Assembly: GCA_002633005.1 (NCBI GenBank)
Contig: NMRA01000176.1
Location: 208,607-272,606 of the forward strand
Source of the DNA: Phoronis australis
Taxonomy: Eukaryota; Animalia; Phoronida
Length of the DNA: 64,000 nucleotides
Reading direction: 5' to 3'
In this document: piece by piece, positions 25,577 through 40,400 of the stretch
Position numbering within the stretch: the stretch's first letter is position 1
How the letters are laid out: each line of letters starts with the position of its first letter
Notes under the pieces: generated by a model
Seen by the model: only the letters and a program-made list of their open reading frames with translations
Told to the model about the DNA's origin: nothing
Databases searched by the model: none
Made by a program: the position numbers and the translations under genes

Positions 25577-28500
25577 TTATTTCTTCTTAATGAGATTCTC
25601 TTCTCCCACAATTACCAGCAACATCTTCTTGTAGTCACCAGAGCAGTCATCCTGAAACAACATAGTGTTCACAGTACAGTCGGATGGACAGTAGACAATT
25701 GATATGGTGGATATTCTTCCACAACTAAATGTGTGGTTTCTGAGTAGTAACATTAGAATTGTTCACTAACGGCAGTCATCTGACTCAGTCTCTGTCCGTA
25801 GCTAGATTTGGACTTTTCCATCTTAGAACTAAGTGTGTGATCCCTAAGCTTATCTTATTGGTGGATTCATCAACTGCAATTAGACCAGTGTCTGGTTGAT
25901 CTCCCCATATACAAAACTGCAAGAAGTGTACTTTGTATTCAGATATTAAGTTACTCCCTTATATGTGAGCAGTGATTTTATCCAATGTTTTGCAGTAATT
26001 GGCAAAAAAGGCCTAATTCATAAAGGCACGATACTTCTTCATATACAATGCCAACCTATTAAGACTGCCAAGCATGGGATGGCTCTTTCATTCAATTAAA
26101 CTACAAACTAAAAGTATTCAGATGACAAAACGGACAGGAATTCCCGTCATCACGGCTGGGCAGAAGCTTAACTAATCATCAGAGTAGTCTTCCCTCACGA
26201 CCATAAATGAAGGGAAGTAACATCCGTCATGACCTTAGCCTTAGAAATATCAACTTACAGCAATGAACTGTCCAAGTGTCTGGTTGTAGCTAGTCTGAAA
26301 CTCTTCCTTTATCTGTACCATATCAATCTCACATCGTGATATCACAATTCGACACAAGGTGTCATCGTCTGTTCCAAGTCCCTTCATAGTCTTGTACAGC
26401 TCGTGGGCAAAGTAACCTGCTTTGTTCTGCACACAGCGAACTGTAAGGGATAGCAACATTTTGAGCAATAGAGCATTTGAATAAGGTTTCCTTAACACAA
26501 GCTTTACTACGGCAGCAGGTATAAACTCACCTTGCATCAGAGAAACTAACTTTTGCTGCTGTGAAACTGATTTCAGCTTGTTCTTTATTCAGGTGAGAGG
26601 AGATTTCTAACGTTGGAAAGGACTCTTTGTTATTGCCTGATACCACTGCCTCCGAATGAAATGAGTTTGTTCTCAACCAGCAAAGAACTTTAAGTTCTTC
26701 CCAAGCCAAGAAACAAGTTGAGACCAGTTTGTAATTGAGTTCTATCAAAAGTTTATTTTTTTGACATGGATGATGGGTTGATAACATGATTAGACATCAA
26801 ATCTCACCTTACTTTTGTTGGTGATTTCTTAAGCTTGTGAAATGTCATTTAAAAGGACGAGAGGTCAAACTTAGATCTACATTTTGAGTTGTTCAAAATT
26901 TTGTGAGTGCAGTGGGACTGTAATGAAGGACCCTAAATACTTCAAAAACATTCTTGACGAAAACTGCAATTTTTCTGATAACATATTTTTGCATATTATT
27001 ATTTGGTAATTAATTTACTTTCACGGTTTCCTGAATGAAATCGTGGATACTTAATCTCAACTTGCGAGTAAAAGGTGTTTCTGGCATCTAAGAAAAAGGA
27101 TACACTACAAAATTAAGTCAAATCAGGGTTCATGTGGACGTACCTATGGCAACCATGCCAGTCTTGAGGTCACCAGACATTTCGCTCTTAATGGCCTCTT
27201 CAATGTTTTTCTTGGACAGTTTCTGGTACTCCTCAAACACTGCTCGCAGGTGAGGATAACTCCTCGACACCAAGATCACATTGAATCTATGGAAAAAAAA
27301 ACCCGACTCACAGATGACGGATCAACTGTACAACTCACGGGTGAAGAAGTTGGGTTGAGTACCAATATTTGAAAATTTGTACAATATGTATACCAATACT
27401 GCCAATTTGATACGGTCGTTTGACACCCATCAAGTTCACTAAAATCAACTGACAAATGGTTGAGTGTAACATGATGACCTTGTAAAATGCTGTGTAACAA
27501 CAATGTTCACATGATTAGCTACAACATTTATCAAAACTGAAAGTGTCAATTCTAAAACAAATCCATCAATTTCATATAAAGAGGAGGCAAAATATGATCA
27601 TGCTTTAGATCATCCGGTCATATTTCTCCCAGTCACACTAGATGTACTCGCATTTCCTTTAAGAGTTGTATTTAAACACGCTATTAAAATGACAATTAGA
27701 GGTTAAACTTCCCATTAGGCGCATGTAAACCAGAGTTTAAATGCTAGTAACTGCAACCAGGGCTGTGTACTGTAGACCCAACACATAAGTCATGCCCTTG
27801 CGATGAAAAATCTTCAGTTATGGAATGCAAACATTGAATTCTAACCCATAATTCATGTATTATATCCCATAATTCAACATTACAGCCTCACTGACTAATC
27901 ACGTCTGATCAGTGGCAGCCATTTTGTTCGGTTATGCTAGTAAGCTCTCAAGCATACGTGTGCAAAACACTCGCCTTTCACTCACGTGACTTTACGTGAT
28001 CTTTATGGCATGAAACATGGGTCTACGAATTGCACCCCTACGACATTTCAGATCCCCACAAAATGCTTCCCAGAGATGTAATGACTGCACATGATCCTTG
28101 TGTGCCACCACCAAGAGAATTGGATTAACAAACACTTCACACAACTCAAGGAGAAGGTGACTTCTCACTCAATTAGCAAAAAAAGTTATGATTGATTACC
28201 TCGACTCATCAGTTCCCCAAGATTTCTCGCCCGCATCAAACAATGCCTGGGCATCCTGCTGTGCCTTGGTTCTGTCAAACTCTTGGTTTTCATCACGGTT
28301 AGCTTGCAGTAGAGCCACCAGGAGGCGCTTGTAGTGTCCAGATGTCTCCGATGTAATGGCTTCCTCTAGATCCTTGCTGAACACTATTAAGAGGGACGAA
28401 AAAAATTTTAAATAATCAAATACGTAACTATTTCCAAACCTTTTGTAAAGAACTGGGTGGCATGAAAGTTCAAGTTATCATCTCCCATGGATCATACCAA

Positions 28501-31500
28501 CAACATACAAATTAACCACTATCAATGTGTAATTTTTCTAAACTGAAATGCAGGAAGTCTGTCCAATTACATTTATATGACACAGAAACTTTTTTCGCGT
28601 CCCACCCAGGATCTGGGTATCAAATCATAGTTATGTAAAGACAATGACGAATTGCGATATGCACTATAGTTTGATAAGATTCTTGTACTCAATGTGGGGC
28701 AATGGTGTGACAAGAGTCCAACAAGATTTGCCTGAATGTGACACCTGGTGAATTTCTAGTGACGTACTTTTTGACAAAACAATTCATTGACAAAAATTGT
28801 ACTCCACAATAAACACAACTTTGAAAGTACAGCAGTTGTCATCAAACATCATTTCTGAGTAAAGCAGAAAGCCATACCAAATGTCATTCGGCAATAGCTA
28901 TCGTGCAAACCAAGCAAAGTAAATTTTCATGAAAAGATACTTTAATTTGTTGATAAATTTGACCAAAAAACGAAATTTCACTTGGCCACCATGTTGTGTC
29001 CCAAACTGAGGAATTTTTAACATTAGTAAATATTGAAAGAAAACAATTTCCACATTTTTGATTTTGGCCCCAAATTGAAAAACTTTTACCACACATGTCA
29101 TTCACGAAAGACAGAACGTACATTTCTTGTAGGACGCCTTGATCTGCTCCAGCTGAGCATTTGTCCTGGTACACAGTATCTCTATCAACACTTGTTCGTC
29201 TGTTCCAGCACCCTGGAAAACAATACAGCAGATCAGTATTATAATAAATGTCATTAACATGGTAGTAAAATTATCATTGTTTTTATTACCATAATTGAAT
29301 GACTCACATGAAAGTATCCAATGTCTCAAACTGAGAGTGAAAGAAACGGCAGTGCATCCATATCAACCTAGCCCATCTTCAACAGTGAGAAATTGGACCA
29401 AAGGGAAACACTCTTTCATGCTCTCACAACACTAAAGAGTTATAGGCTGACTGTTTCCCATTAAATTGGAACTTGTATAATAATTCCTTACCTCTGTGAT
29501 TGCTTAGTCAAATTAATTAGAAACAAAAGACATAGCTGCAATGTGAATATGAAGTGGGTTGAAAATTGCCTAATGTTTTTAAGAACAGTTTTGTATTGAA
29601 AATGTTCCACGACTGTAAATCACTCAACCATGTCTAGTAGGTATCGTGACATGGCTATGTGACCCCTCAAGGCAAGCCATTAGTGAAAAGGCCACTTATT
29701 TGCAGAATTTCTTGATTCCTTAATTTACAAGTTGTCAATGAATACACTGCAGTTTGTTTTGCCTAGATGATGTTTAAATAGTATTGTCATTTAGTTCCTG
29801 CTATACATTAGCATAGTTAGGAGCGTGCAAATACATGTTTAAGACAATATCATGCATGCACAGAGGAGTTTCTGGTCCAACCCTTCAAAAACAGACAGCA
29901 GACAATGGTCATCTTGCTGTGGCAGCAACTTTCTCCAGCTCACAACTGTCATGTAAACAGTCAACGAAAAAATACACCCTTCATTTGAACACAGAAACAC
30001 ACACTTGATATGTGAACACAGGAAATACACCACAACAAAGTGGGCAGACTCTTGAAGGCTACTTAGCTAATCCTCCAAGATTACATTACACACGACAGTC
30101 ACACTACAAATCAATCTCACTCTCCATCTCAAAAATCACATGGCATGCAATATGGCCCTAACCACTAAGTTGACAATTTTCAGGGGTGTCGAGCTCACTC
30201 GGTCCCGCCTCACCTTTTGCCACAACCCTGAGCCCTTACCTTCATAGCCTTGTGCAACTCATTAGCATCAAAGTCGGCTGGCTGCATGCAGAATCCGAGA
30301 CAGAGAGTCAGAAAATGGCTACTCAGCTCACTCTTGAGTTCCTTCATGAGATCCTGTTGACACAAATAGGATATGGATTCAATGAAATATCAATAAAAGA
30401 TTCGATGACAATAAGGTGCACTAGTCTTCATAAACAAGTTCACAAAATTTCTTCTCAGGAAAAATCAGTGAATTAAGCAAAAATGTCCACCTAATGCAAA
30501 ACTGGTTTCGACATATTTTTGACCAGTTTCCCTTTGAATGTTTTCAAACAGCTCAAATTCAAAATGGCGCAATTTTATGGAGTCAGGCAAAACCTTCACC
30601 ATGTAAGCCAATGCGCCACAAAAAATGTTAGTTCAGAAGCTTTAAAATACCACACATCCCAACATATGCTACACACAGTAGGACAAATCCAGCCACTTTC
30701 CCAAAAGTCCATCCGTTACATATTAGTAAATTTGCCCATCTTTTTCATTGCATATGTTACGGTTAAGCAGAACCCTACAACGTTCAAATTGGTCAAACTT
30801 CCAAACATATCTCAGACATGGCTTACAAGATTCAAAGGAAACTATCAGATACTATGCACTGTTCCTCAAAACGCTGTTAGAAATTATTGCTTATTGATAA
30901 CTTTATGCAAGTGTGGTTATTAAAAATAAGACTAGTGTGATTTTTATGAAGAAAACAATCATTGAAGATGCCACTTTTTGCAACTGATGTAGTTGTCTTT
31001 TGTGCCAAATTTTAGTAAAAAGACTGATGGTCACATGACCTACTCCATGGTACAGTTACAAGTTTGCTTACTTTTAGAAAGTTAGTGCTTGAGTATATGC
31101 AAAAATGATTCTGACATTTGGCTTATTTCTGTTTCCAACAGCAGATATATGGCGCAAGATAATGGGTCTATTGTGTTGCGTCCAGGGCAGAACTAACAAA
31201 ATGGGGTACTGATATGGATTACTTTTTATACAATAGGCAGGAGCTATTTACAACCTTTTTATAGCCTGTGATTGAGGCTATTACCCACCCGACTACAAGT
31301 CAATTAGAAAGATAAAACCAGCTTCAGTGTGACCATTTCTCTTGGTGCGTTCACACTGGTTTAGATAACAAGCAGACTTCATAACACTCCATAGATAATT
31401 GAGATAGGTACGTGCAGTAAATCAAGATATGTTCCCACCAAACTTGCTTAGCTACTGAAATAAATATCGGAGGAGAATATGACCACAGAAGTTGCAAGTG

Positions 31501-34473
31501 TATGTACCACACAAAATATAAGGTTAGAGTCTCTGAATAGGCCAAACATCTTAAGAAAATGAGCGACCAATTACCAAGTATATTGCTCTGTCATAAAGTG
31601 ATTTGGTTAGTTTCTTTACACACTGCTGCAGCTCTCATTTTCAGTATGATTGACATGAAATTTCTACACAACATGTATCTTGTGAATAGCTCAAGCATTA
31701 CTGTTTCTGGGTGGAATCATACACCAGAAGGTGCTGTGATGGCCATTATTATTATGTGAATGGATCTCTTCAAGAGCCATCTTGAGTGCACGTAGCATCA
31801 GGCATTTTTCACAACAAAAATTGTTTATTGATTGATTTCTTGTTCCGCAGTATCCTTTGGTGGATCACTCTGAAACTTGGTGAAGAATAGATCTCGTCAA
31901 GAGCTATAACATGTGTATCATTTACACACTTACGATGCTTGCTAAGAATGTTACAGATGTGGCGTAAACTTTTCAATACTATATTTGAAAGTACTAGCAA
32001 TCTTAGAAGCCAGTCAACCAGTCAATTTGCCTTAAGCTGGTTGGTTGAAGTGTCACTGCAGTGTTCTTTTCATGAAGAGAGCCTCCTAGATCTTTCTCGA
32101 ATGATCACTGTTGATGGCAAGACAACAAGTTTTGATAAAATTCATTGTTTCTTATTTCCACAACCAGAAATGCTAGGTCCAATAGATTTGGAAGATGGCT
32201 GCCAAGGTACTAAATGCTGGTTGTGAAAATAAGAAACAATCAATTTGTACTCTACCAACCTGATGGAATTATTTAGTGACAGCAGGTTTTGATGCTAGCC
32301 GTCTGTGCTGACCAGTTGCTTAATGCAGTGTACTCCCTAGGACTGTTCGCCCAAAACACCTCAAGGAATGCTAACAGTTATTTAGAAACCTGCCTGGACT
32401 GACCTGCTATAAAGTGCTTACCTTTCCAAACATGGTCTTGAATGTCTTGACAATCTCAACTCTCTGGGTACACGATCGCCGTGCCAACACATCAATAATC
32501 GCTTGCTCGTTAGTTCCTACAAAATCAAGAATTATTGTTGACATCAGTGCAACAGGCAGTGACGTCCAGTGGGATTTGAACCTATGACCTTGTGAAAAGG
32601 AGGGAGACACTCACCCTGCTAGGCGACACTTACTCCTCAGTTCATACAGTACCTAGCTTATAGTTTCCTCATAATTTGAACAAGGACCGAACTAAAACGC
32701 TAACGTTTCTTAACTTACAAATGTTATAACTAAAAGCTGAAAGCTGCAATGTAAAATGTAGGCCTAAATACAAAAAACATTTCTGATTCGGATTATGAAA
32801 ACATCTAAAAAATCTACTTTGTTCCACTAAAAGGAAACTTTACTTTTAGTAGGAAAACTGAACATTGTTCAGATTTTGGTGCATCCAGATTGCCAGATAC
32901 CGACAAAACTCCACATCAAATTTTGAATTTTGTTTGCGAAATACATACACCTTTTTAGTGGTTTTAAAAAATCATTTAATGTATTTTTGTTGATACCACA
33001 CTAAAAACTAATGCCTAACAGATAACAGAATTATATTTTACTTGCCTACCTACATGTAGTTTTTGAAAGAAGTTGAAAATATTTTTGGTTAAAATTAGTG
33101 TTGTTTTCTGTCCGATTTTCTTCTGAGTTTTCGCATGAACTTTGATAAGACCAAATTTCAAAAGCATTTTTAAAGTACTGTATCCACCTCAGGGGAATGG
33201 CTTTTGTCTTCTGCCATTTTGCATATTCTGAACTGAGCAGGAATAGAATGTGACACAATATTGAATGTGACACAATATTGAATATGTGACACAATATTGA
33301 ATGTGACACAATTATACTGAATGTGACACAATATTGAATATGACACAATATTGAATGTGACACAATATTGAATGTGACACAATATTGAATGTGACACAAT
33401 TATACTGAATGTGACACAATATTGAATGTGACACAATATTGAATATGTGACACAATATTGAATGTGACACAATATTCAATGTGACACAATATTGAATGTG
33501 GCACAATATAGAATGTGACACAATTATACTGAATGTGACACAATATTGAATGTGACACAATATTGAATGTGACACAATATAGAATGTGACACAATTATAC
33601 TGAATGTGACACAATATTGAATGTGGCACAATATTGAATGTGACACAATATTGAATGTGACACAACATAGAATGTGACACAATATTGAATATGTGACACA
33701 ATATAGAATGTGACACAATATTGAATGTGGCACAATATTGAATGTGTCACAATATTGAATGTGTCACAATATAGAATGTGACACAATATTGAATGTGACA
33801 CAATATTGAATGTGACACAATATTGAATGTGACACAATTTAGAATGTGACACAATATAGAATGTGACACAATATTGAATGTGGCACAATATAGAATGTGA
33901 CACAATATTGAATGTGACACAATATTGAATGTGACACAATATTGAATGTGACACAATATTGAATGTGACACAATATTGAATGTGACACAATATTGAATGT
34001 GACACAATATTGAATGTGACACAATATTGAATGTGACACAATATTGAATGTGACACAATATTGAATGTGACACAATATTGAATGTGGCACAATATAGAAT
34101 GTGACACAATATTGAATGTGACACAATATTGAATGTGACACAATATTGAATGTGGCACAATATAGAATGTGACACAATATTGAATGTGACACAATATTGA
34201 ATGTGACACAATATAGAATGTGACACAATATTGATTGTTTCTGGTAACCGACACAAGTGATTTCTTACAAAGTTTATGCTCTATCTACGCCTCGTACATA
34301 AAGCCTTTGATAAAATAGGACTTAGGCTGCAGGATAAACTTGAAAGTGCGTGTTTGGCATTTACGTTAATTTCAATCTGGTCTGTACTTACCAAATCCTT
34401 TCATAGCCTTTCTCAGAGCCTCAGCATCAGCTTCACTATTGAATCCACCAAATGGCTTCACTGTCCCCTCACA
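25577..34473 (-). CDS. Annexin core domain (four repeats), 8 exons
   Basis: [96 protein letters not shown]; C-terminal DDCSGDYKKMLL. Confidence 0.97.
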
Positions 34474-37400
34474 CTGTGGGTAAAATAAATAAAATATATG
34501 TATTATTAATAATTATTGTCAATTTAATATCAATTAAAAAAATTCACTGTTCTTGTCTGTTTACTATGTAGCATGACTGAAACTAGATCAATTTGCAACA
34601 TACGGAAAAAATTCTCCAGTCTCCAGTTTTGGAGAGTGGAAAAAGTATTATAATTGTATTCAAGGTCGCACCTTGTATAATGCATAAAAATTATAAATAG
34701 GCAATATTGGCCATCTCAAATTCACAAATTACAAGAAAGGCAGGTAAATTACCCAATCCAATTTTATTCCAAACAACATATTGCCAATAGTCATGACAAC
34801 TGACAGACATTGCATGCAAGAACTAGCTGCTCTGTTGGTTGTCATAATAAAACTGAAAACATTTCATGAATCTCCAAGGCAACTGAAACACTGAGGAAAA
34901 GCTGAGCTCACAGATGTGTTGCAATGTTATTGAATCCATTCTAATGAGCAAAGTTGCATTTGTCAAATACTCGTAAACAAAATTTGAGGAGTGCAACACT
35001 ATATGGTCAAGAAATGACTGGGTATTTTTGGTGTTTTAAAAAACACTAGTTAACTTTCTTCTGCTTCTGAAATTTCAAGTTCAATTTGTTTAAGACACTG
35101 ACCTGTGCAGTTGCGGAGGCCATGGCTCAGACAGCAGGCCGAAAATGGTCACAACACACAAACAGCTTGACTAACATACAAAAGCCCACTCAGACACAGC
35201 AACACATTTATAACAGTGTGTGGCAAAGTAGCTAGGTCACTGTCACACAGAGATGCATACAACAAAAGGTCATGAGCACAGGGTCAGGAACTACATCAAA
35301 AGGTCATGAACCCAGGGTCATGGGTAAAGAGAAGTGTGGAAGACACACCCACCCACTACTTATATGTTTACTACTTTACTGTAAAGTCATGGGATTTTGA
35401 GAGGTACAAAGTGCAAGGAATTTGAGAGTATCACCTGTAACGCTGGTTATTTTTTTGTCAAATTACTCTTTGTTTTCTAGTAAATTGCAATCCAACCAAT
35501 TTGCACCAACTTTTATTAAAAATGTTTTGGATGTAACACAATGTAAAGTGGTTTAAAATGTTCAAGTTAACTCACAGCTTCAAATACTAAAAACCTGCTC
35601 ATCAGCTAGTCAGAATAAAGCTGTAATATGCCTACATTTTGTTAATTAAAAAAGACAACCTTTGGAAAAATAGAAAAACTTACTACCAAGGTTGATGAAT
35701 TTGATGTATATTAACTCAGTAGAACTTTGTTAAGTATGATAATCAACTAAGAGTCAATCAATGATCTAGACAGGAAAAGCTATAAAGATGCAACAAAAAT
35801 TGCATGTAAGGTGTAGGATTGTACCAAATACGAAATGCATGTGTTCTGAAGTCTCAATTGCCTAACCCTATCCCTAAACCCAACCCCAACCCTACCGTTA
35901 ACCCCAACCTTAACTTTAATCCCAAGCTAGTCTCAAAAGGTACAATCCTGCGGCTAATAAAACTGCTGAGACAGAAAAACATGAACAGAACAATTGTGAC
36001 ATCAACATCAAGTCAGAAACTTGCAGACAAACAAACTGCAACCTCCCAGACATACAACTATATAAAGATGGCAAACTAGGTGAATAAATCTACAAAAATT
36101 ACATTTGGCTGACGTAAAGACAACAAGAAGTCTTCTAGTCATGACAGACATGTGGTAGTTCTGCAGTTATGAATAAAATGGGTGCTAAAATTGTCATTTT
36201 TTAAGTTTTCAAAAAGACTGAATACAGTGCTATTAGTTATAAAAAATACCAAGATTAAGTTGTTCTGAAACAAAAGAAGCTCAATTTTTGCGATGTAGAA
36301 TTTCATTTTAATTTTTGTAGTGAAAATTTCATAACAAAAAGTCAAACCTCTCCCCGCGTATGCTGTTAGGAATTAGACGAACGTGTAGATGAAAAGCCAT
36401 TCCTACAGCCCTCTCATGCTCACCTCATACTCTTCCATCTCAAAGAAAGGTTCCGGGTCTTTTGGTCCCTCAACAACAGGCTTCTTCTTAGCAGGGGCGG
36501 ATGCAGGTTTCTTCTGAGGGGGAGGTGGCGGTGCCGCACTCGTTGTTGAAGGCGGAGGTGTCTTCTTCGGTTTGGCTGGAAGAAACCCAGAGCATTTTGA
36601 GTATTACGGTAATTATCTACTTACTGTATTTTGAACAAAAATAATTGCCAAAGTTGTCATTTTCCATTTTTCTAAGGTTCATTATCTTGATGTAAGTAAT
36701 GAGAGCTTCACCAAGCTTTATTTTTGAGGAAAGAAAATTTAAATTTCACTTGCTTGTCATATTGAGAGCTAAATAGTTGAAAAGTAACTGTGATTAAAAA
36801 TAATCTCTCCTAGAGTACACAAAAAGATAGAAAAGTACATGAATTATAACAGACAAATATGTAGCAATTTTAGACAGACGTTTTCTCTCATTAACGTTTG
36901 CAAAGGGAGCAATGACAGACTGAAATGGATAACTGCACATCAAAGGTACAATGTCTCTGAATATATGCATCAAGCAGGTGAGTGCAGCTGGTTTTCTTCA
37001 CAACATTGAATGTACTCTGTACGTCAAGTCATCAATCAAGGCTTCATTTTTGCATCATTTGATGCAATTAAGCTGAAGAAGGCACATATTGAGTTGATTG
37101 GTACGTTTTCGTATAAAACAAAAGAAGTGAAAATCATCCACTAATTTGTGTCATCTTCCATATTTTTCAGTAATCAAAGTGTAAAAAGATTCTTCTCTTT
37201 TATCAAAATTTACTTTGAGTTTCATTCTGTGCTATTACAACAATGGACTCGGGTTACACGGAACCCAAAATTTTTGGAACGTGGGTCCCCTAAACCCCAA
37301 TGTTTGGAAAATTTTTGTAGGTCAAACATTGTGTTGTCCCATACGTTTGTCGGTGTTTTTCATTAAATATTGTTTTGTGCATCTGGGAAGGATGTTTATC

Positions 37401-40400
37401 ACTGGAATAATTTAAGAATTCCAAGACAGATGTTGTGTTAATTAGTTGGTTGAATTTTCATTCATTACAAAACATCATTCATTACATCACAATCCATCAA
37501 ACAAACACAAACTACACTCATTAGTTCACTCCAACATCTTAAACTGTAACTCGGTAGTAATTATTTTTCAATAAAGTTCCAGGGTTTAAAAGACCAAAGT
37601 GTCCAAACTTGTTATGAAAGCAAAAGGTCTCAACGGCAAAACTTAATTGTTAGACAAGTGAACACAAAAACATCTGTGAGTGTCATTAGTCTAAAAGCTG
37701 CCACGTTAATTTTATTCAGTGTCTGTTTCATGAAAGAAGACTTTATAAGACTTAAGACAGAAATTTGGTCTTACGCTACCACTTGACAGTTACTGAATAA
37801 AGGTTAAGACAATGTATTATATAGCACATCCCAACCTCAAAAAAATTCATCTGAATTATCTTAGAAACAAGCAATCAAACGTGACGTACTCCCACAGAGA
37901 CGTTGTGTTTTTCCACAAGTGACATTTAATTTACAAATATCTGTGGAGCATAAGACCAAACCCTTGATTAAAAATTCAATACGCAGTCACTTTTCATCAA
38001 AACAGACCCCAATTCGCTTAGTATCAAATTTGCGGAAATGAAAAAAGTATGTCTATGCATAGAATTCTATGTTAATGATGCTTTGAACCAACCTTGAGTG
38101 AAGAAAACTTTTGACTTGGAACACTTTCCATGAAATTGGTCTAAAATATACATTTTACACAGGGCAAAAAAGCCCTGAGTGGTTCAGCATCGAATTTAGG
38201 TTGCGATAAAAGATAACATGACACTTGAATGGAATTCCAAATTATGTGAAGATGCAATAAGTAACTTTGATTTAGATCAGTTACCATAAAAACCCATAAA
38301 ATTGGTCTTGACACTTTACTTGCATGTAGTCTGGGGAAGTTCCTTATTGCATGAGATAACGTTCAATAAGTTGCCTTGTCTCAGAATGTCATTTTGTGAA
38401 CAAACCATCGGGTTTCCTTTAAGACCAGAAATTACTTGTGACATCAACCTATACTGAACCACTTGAGGCCTGCTTTACTACGCCGTCCTAAGTAGCCTAA
38501 TGTGAAAGATAGTTTCTTTATACACAAGGATAGTTAAAGCCCCTTCAAACAAAAACCACAGGAACGTTAAACTAAAAACATTCAACCTTAAGCACAGAGC
38601 AAAAATTCAGTCAAAATCAAGCATTCTGAGTGTGTAAGGGCCCTCAGTGCCTCTATTTTGGGGTCTAATATCGGCCTCCATTCCCCTTCAGTGATTGAAA
38701 AGTTGCCCCAAAGGATAGAATCATCCCTTTAAAACATAAATTATGACTGCTTAAGGTTTCACTGAAGGTTGGTGTCTGAGGTGGCATTATCCACTCAACC
38801 AAAACATTGTGTCTCTAAGAAGGCACAGGCACCGTTCCCCTCAGGTGAGCAAGGGCCGTGTACGTGATCAGGATTGTGCATTTTTACACTCGCTTACCTA
38901 ACCGGTTACACATTGCCGCTATTTCTAAAACATGGAAAAAACATGTTTCGATTTTCCTGTATACTTGACTCATTTCAAAAATGCAATCTATAGTCCACTA
39001 CACATGAACAGCATAGAACACAAAAATCTTTCTAGCAGTATAGGACTAACTGTAATCGGGTAAAATACCATTTCCACGTAATAACATGAAACTCAGGTTA
39101 CAACAAAGATGAATAGTAATGACTCGTCATTGCAGCAAAATCCTATTGACAACACAGTCCATTTTGTACACTTTTCAATAAATTACCCATCACTATTGGT
39201 CATGATGTACTAAAAGATAAGCCACAGAATTCCTTTCACTCAACTTCAGAAAATGACAGCAAAACCATGAATCTAGTTTAAACTTATTCTAAAATGACGC
39301 TCTTCATCATGTTATCAAAATGTTTTCAAAATCACCAATGAAAATGAATGTGGAATTTTCATAAAAAATTGATTTTCTGATTGTGCACCTACAAAATGGC
39401 CGCCTCAGAACAGCATTGAACTCCACTATTTATTTATTGCCAGTAAAGAACACAATTACAGCACATACCAAAACTATTCATACAGAAGGACCCAGAATTC
39501 CTGTCCAATCAAATTCATCATAAGAGTAGACTTCCCTCGTGACCAAGAATGAAAGGAAATTGACAGGAAAATTAGAAAGGTAGCTTAGTTGCTCTGTAAT
39601 TTGAAATTCTACAGTTAAAGGGATACCAGACTCGATTTGGGCCTATTGACAGAATGAAAAATGACATTTCAATCCAATTCCCTGAAACAATGCTCTATAA
39701 CTCTCGATAACCCTCAGACATTTTGAGAAAAGTTTGGTAAATGGGCAAGCGTGACCCACAGTCTCAGCGAATTACAAAGCACCTGTGAAACGAGACCACC
39801 CACCAACAACCATAGCAATCTGTGATATAGGGAGCATATTCAGTTTTAAGTTGATTTTTGATACAAGAATGGAGAATGCATTAGCAGGTGACAAAATAAG
39901 GATTGGCTAAAATCATCAAAACAGGGTTTAGTATCATTTTAACCCAAATAGCCATCATGACGGGGAATGGAATTTTGATTATTTTTGTCTCTGAACACAT
40001 GAGACTCTTTACATGTACTACACTGATGGAAATAAAGAAAAGAGTTGGGCAGGGCAGTAGTCAAGTATGAGAGTCTCTAATTCTGAGAACCAGTTTGATG
40101 CGTGTTATGCAGAGGAGAAAACAGGTTCTCAAATGTGGAGCCCTCCCTCCCATTACCGAAAGAGTGTCTTCAATAACATGCATCCAGCAGCAATGACAGG
40201 AAAAACCTCAAAACATTAGGTATGATCTCTCACATTTAGTGCACACTGTAGTAACATATTACCGTGAAGCAAAAACTATGCACTTACGAGTGGCAGTTTT
40301 AACAGGAGACGGCTTTTTCTTTGGGGCACCAATTTTAGCAAGGCCAACTGTTAAAACATAACCGTCATCAGCTTCCTCAAAATCAACGGACACAATCTGG

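Noticed and set aside
33046-34256. Cys/His-rich repeat ORFs (up to 219 aa), or a CRISPR-like array
   Set aside because: These are translations of a 17-bp head-to-tail minisatellite. There are no unique spacers or cas genes, and the repeat lies in a eukaryotic intron.
35855-35925. PNPIPKPNPNP peptide / (CCTAAC)n-like tract
   Set aside because: Degenerate simple repeat, intronic and antisense to the gene. Too short and irregular to call an interstitial telomere.
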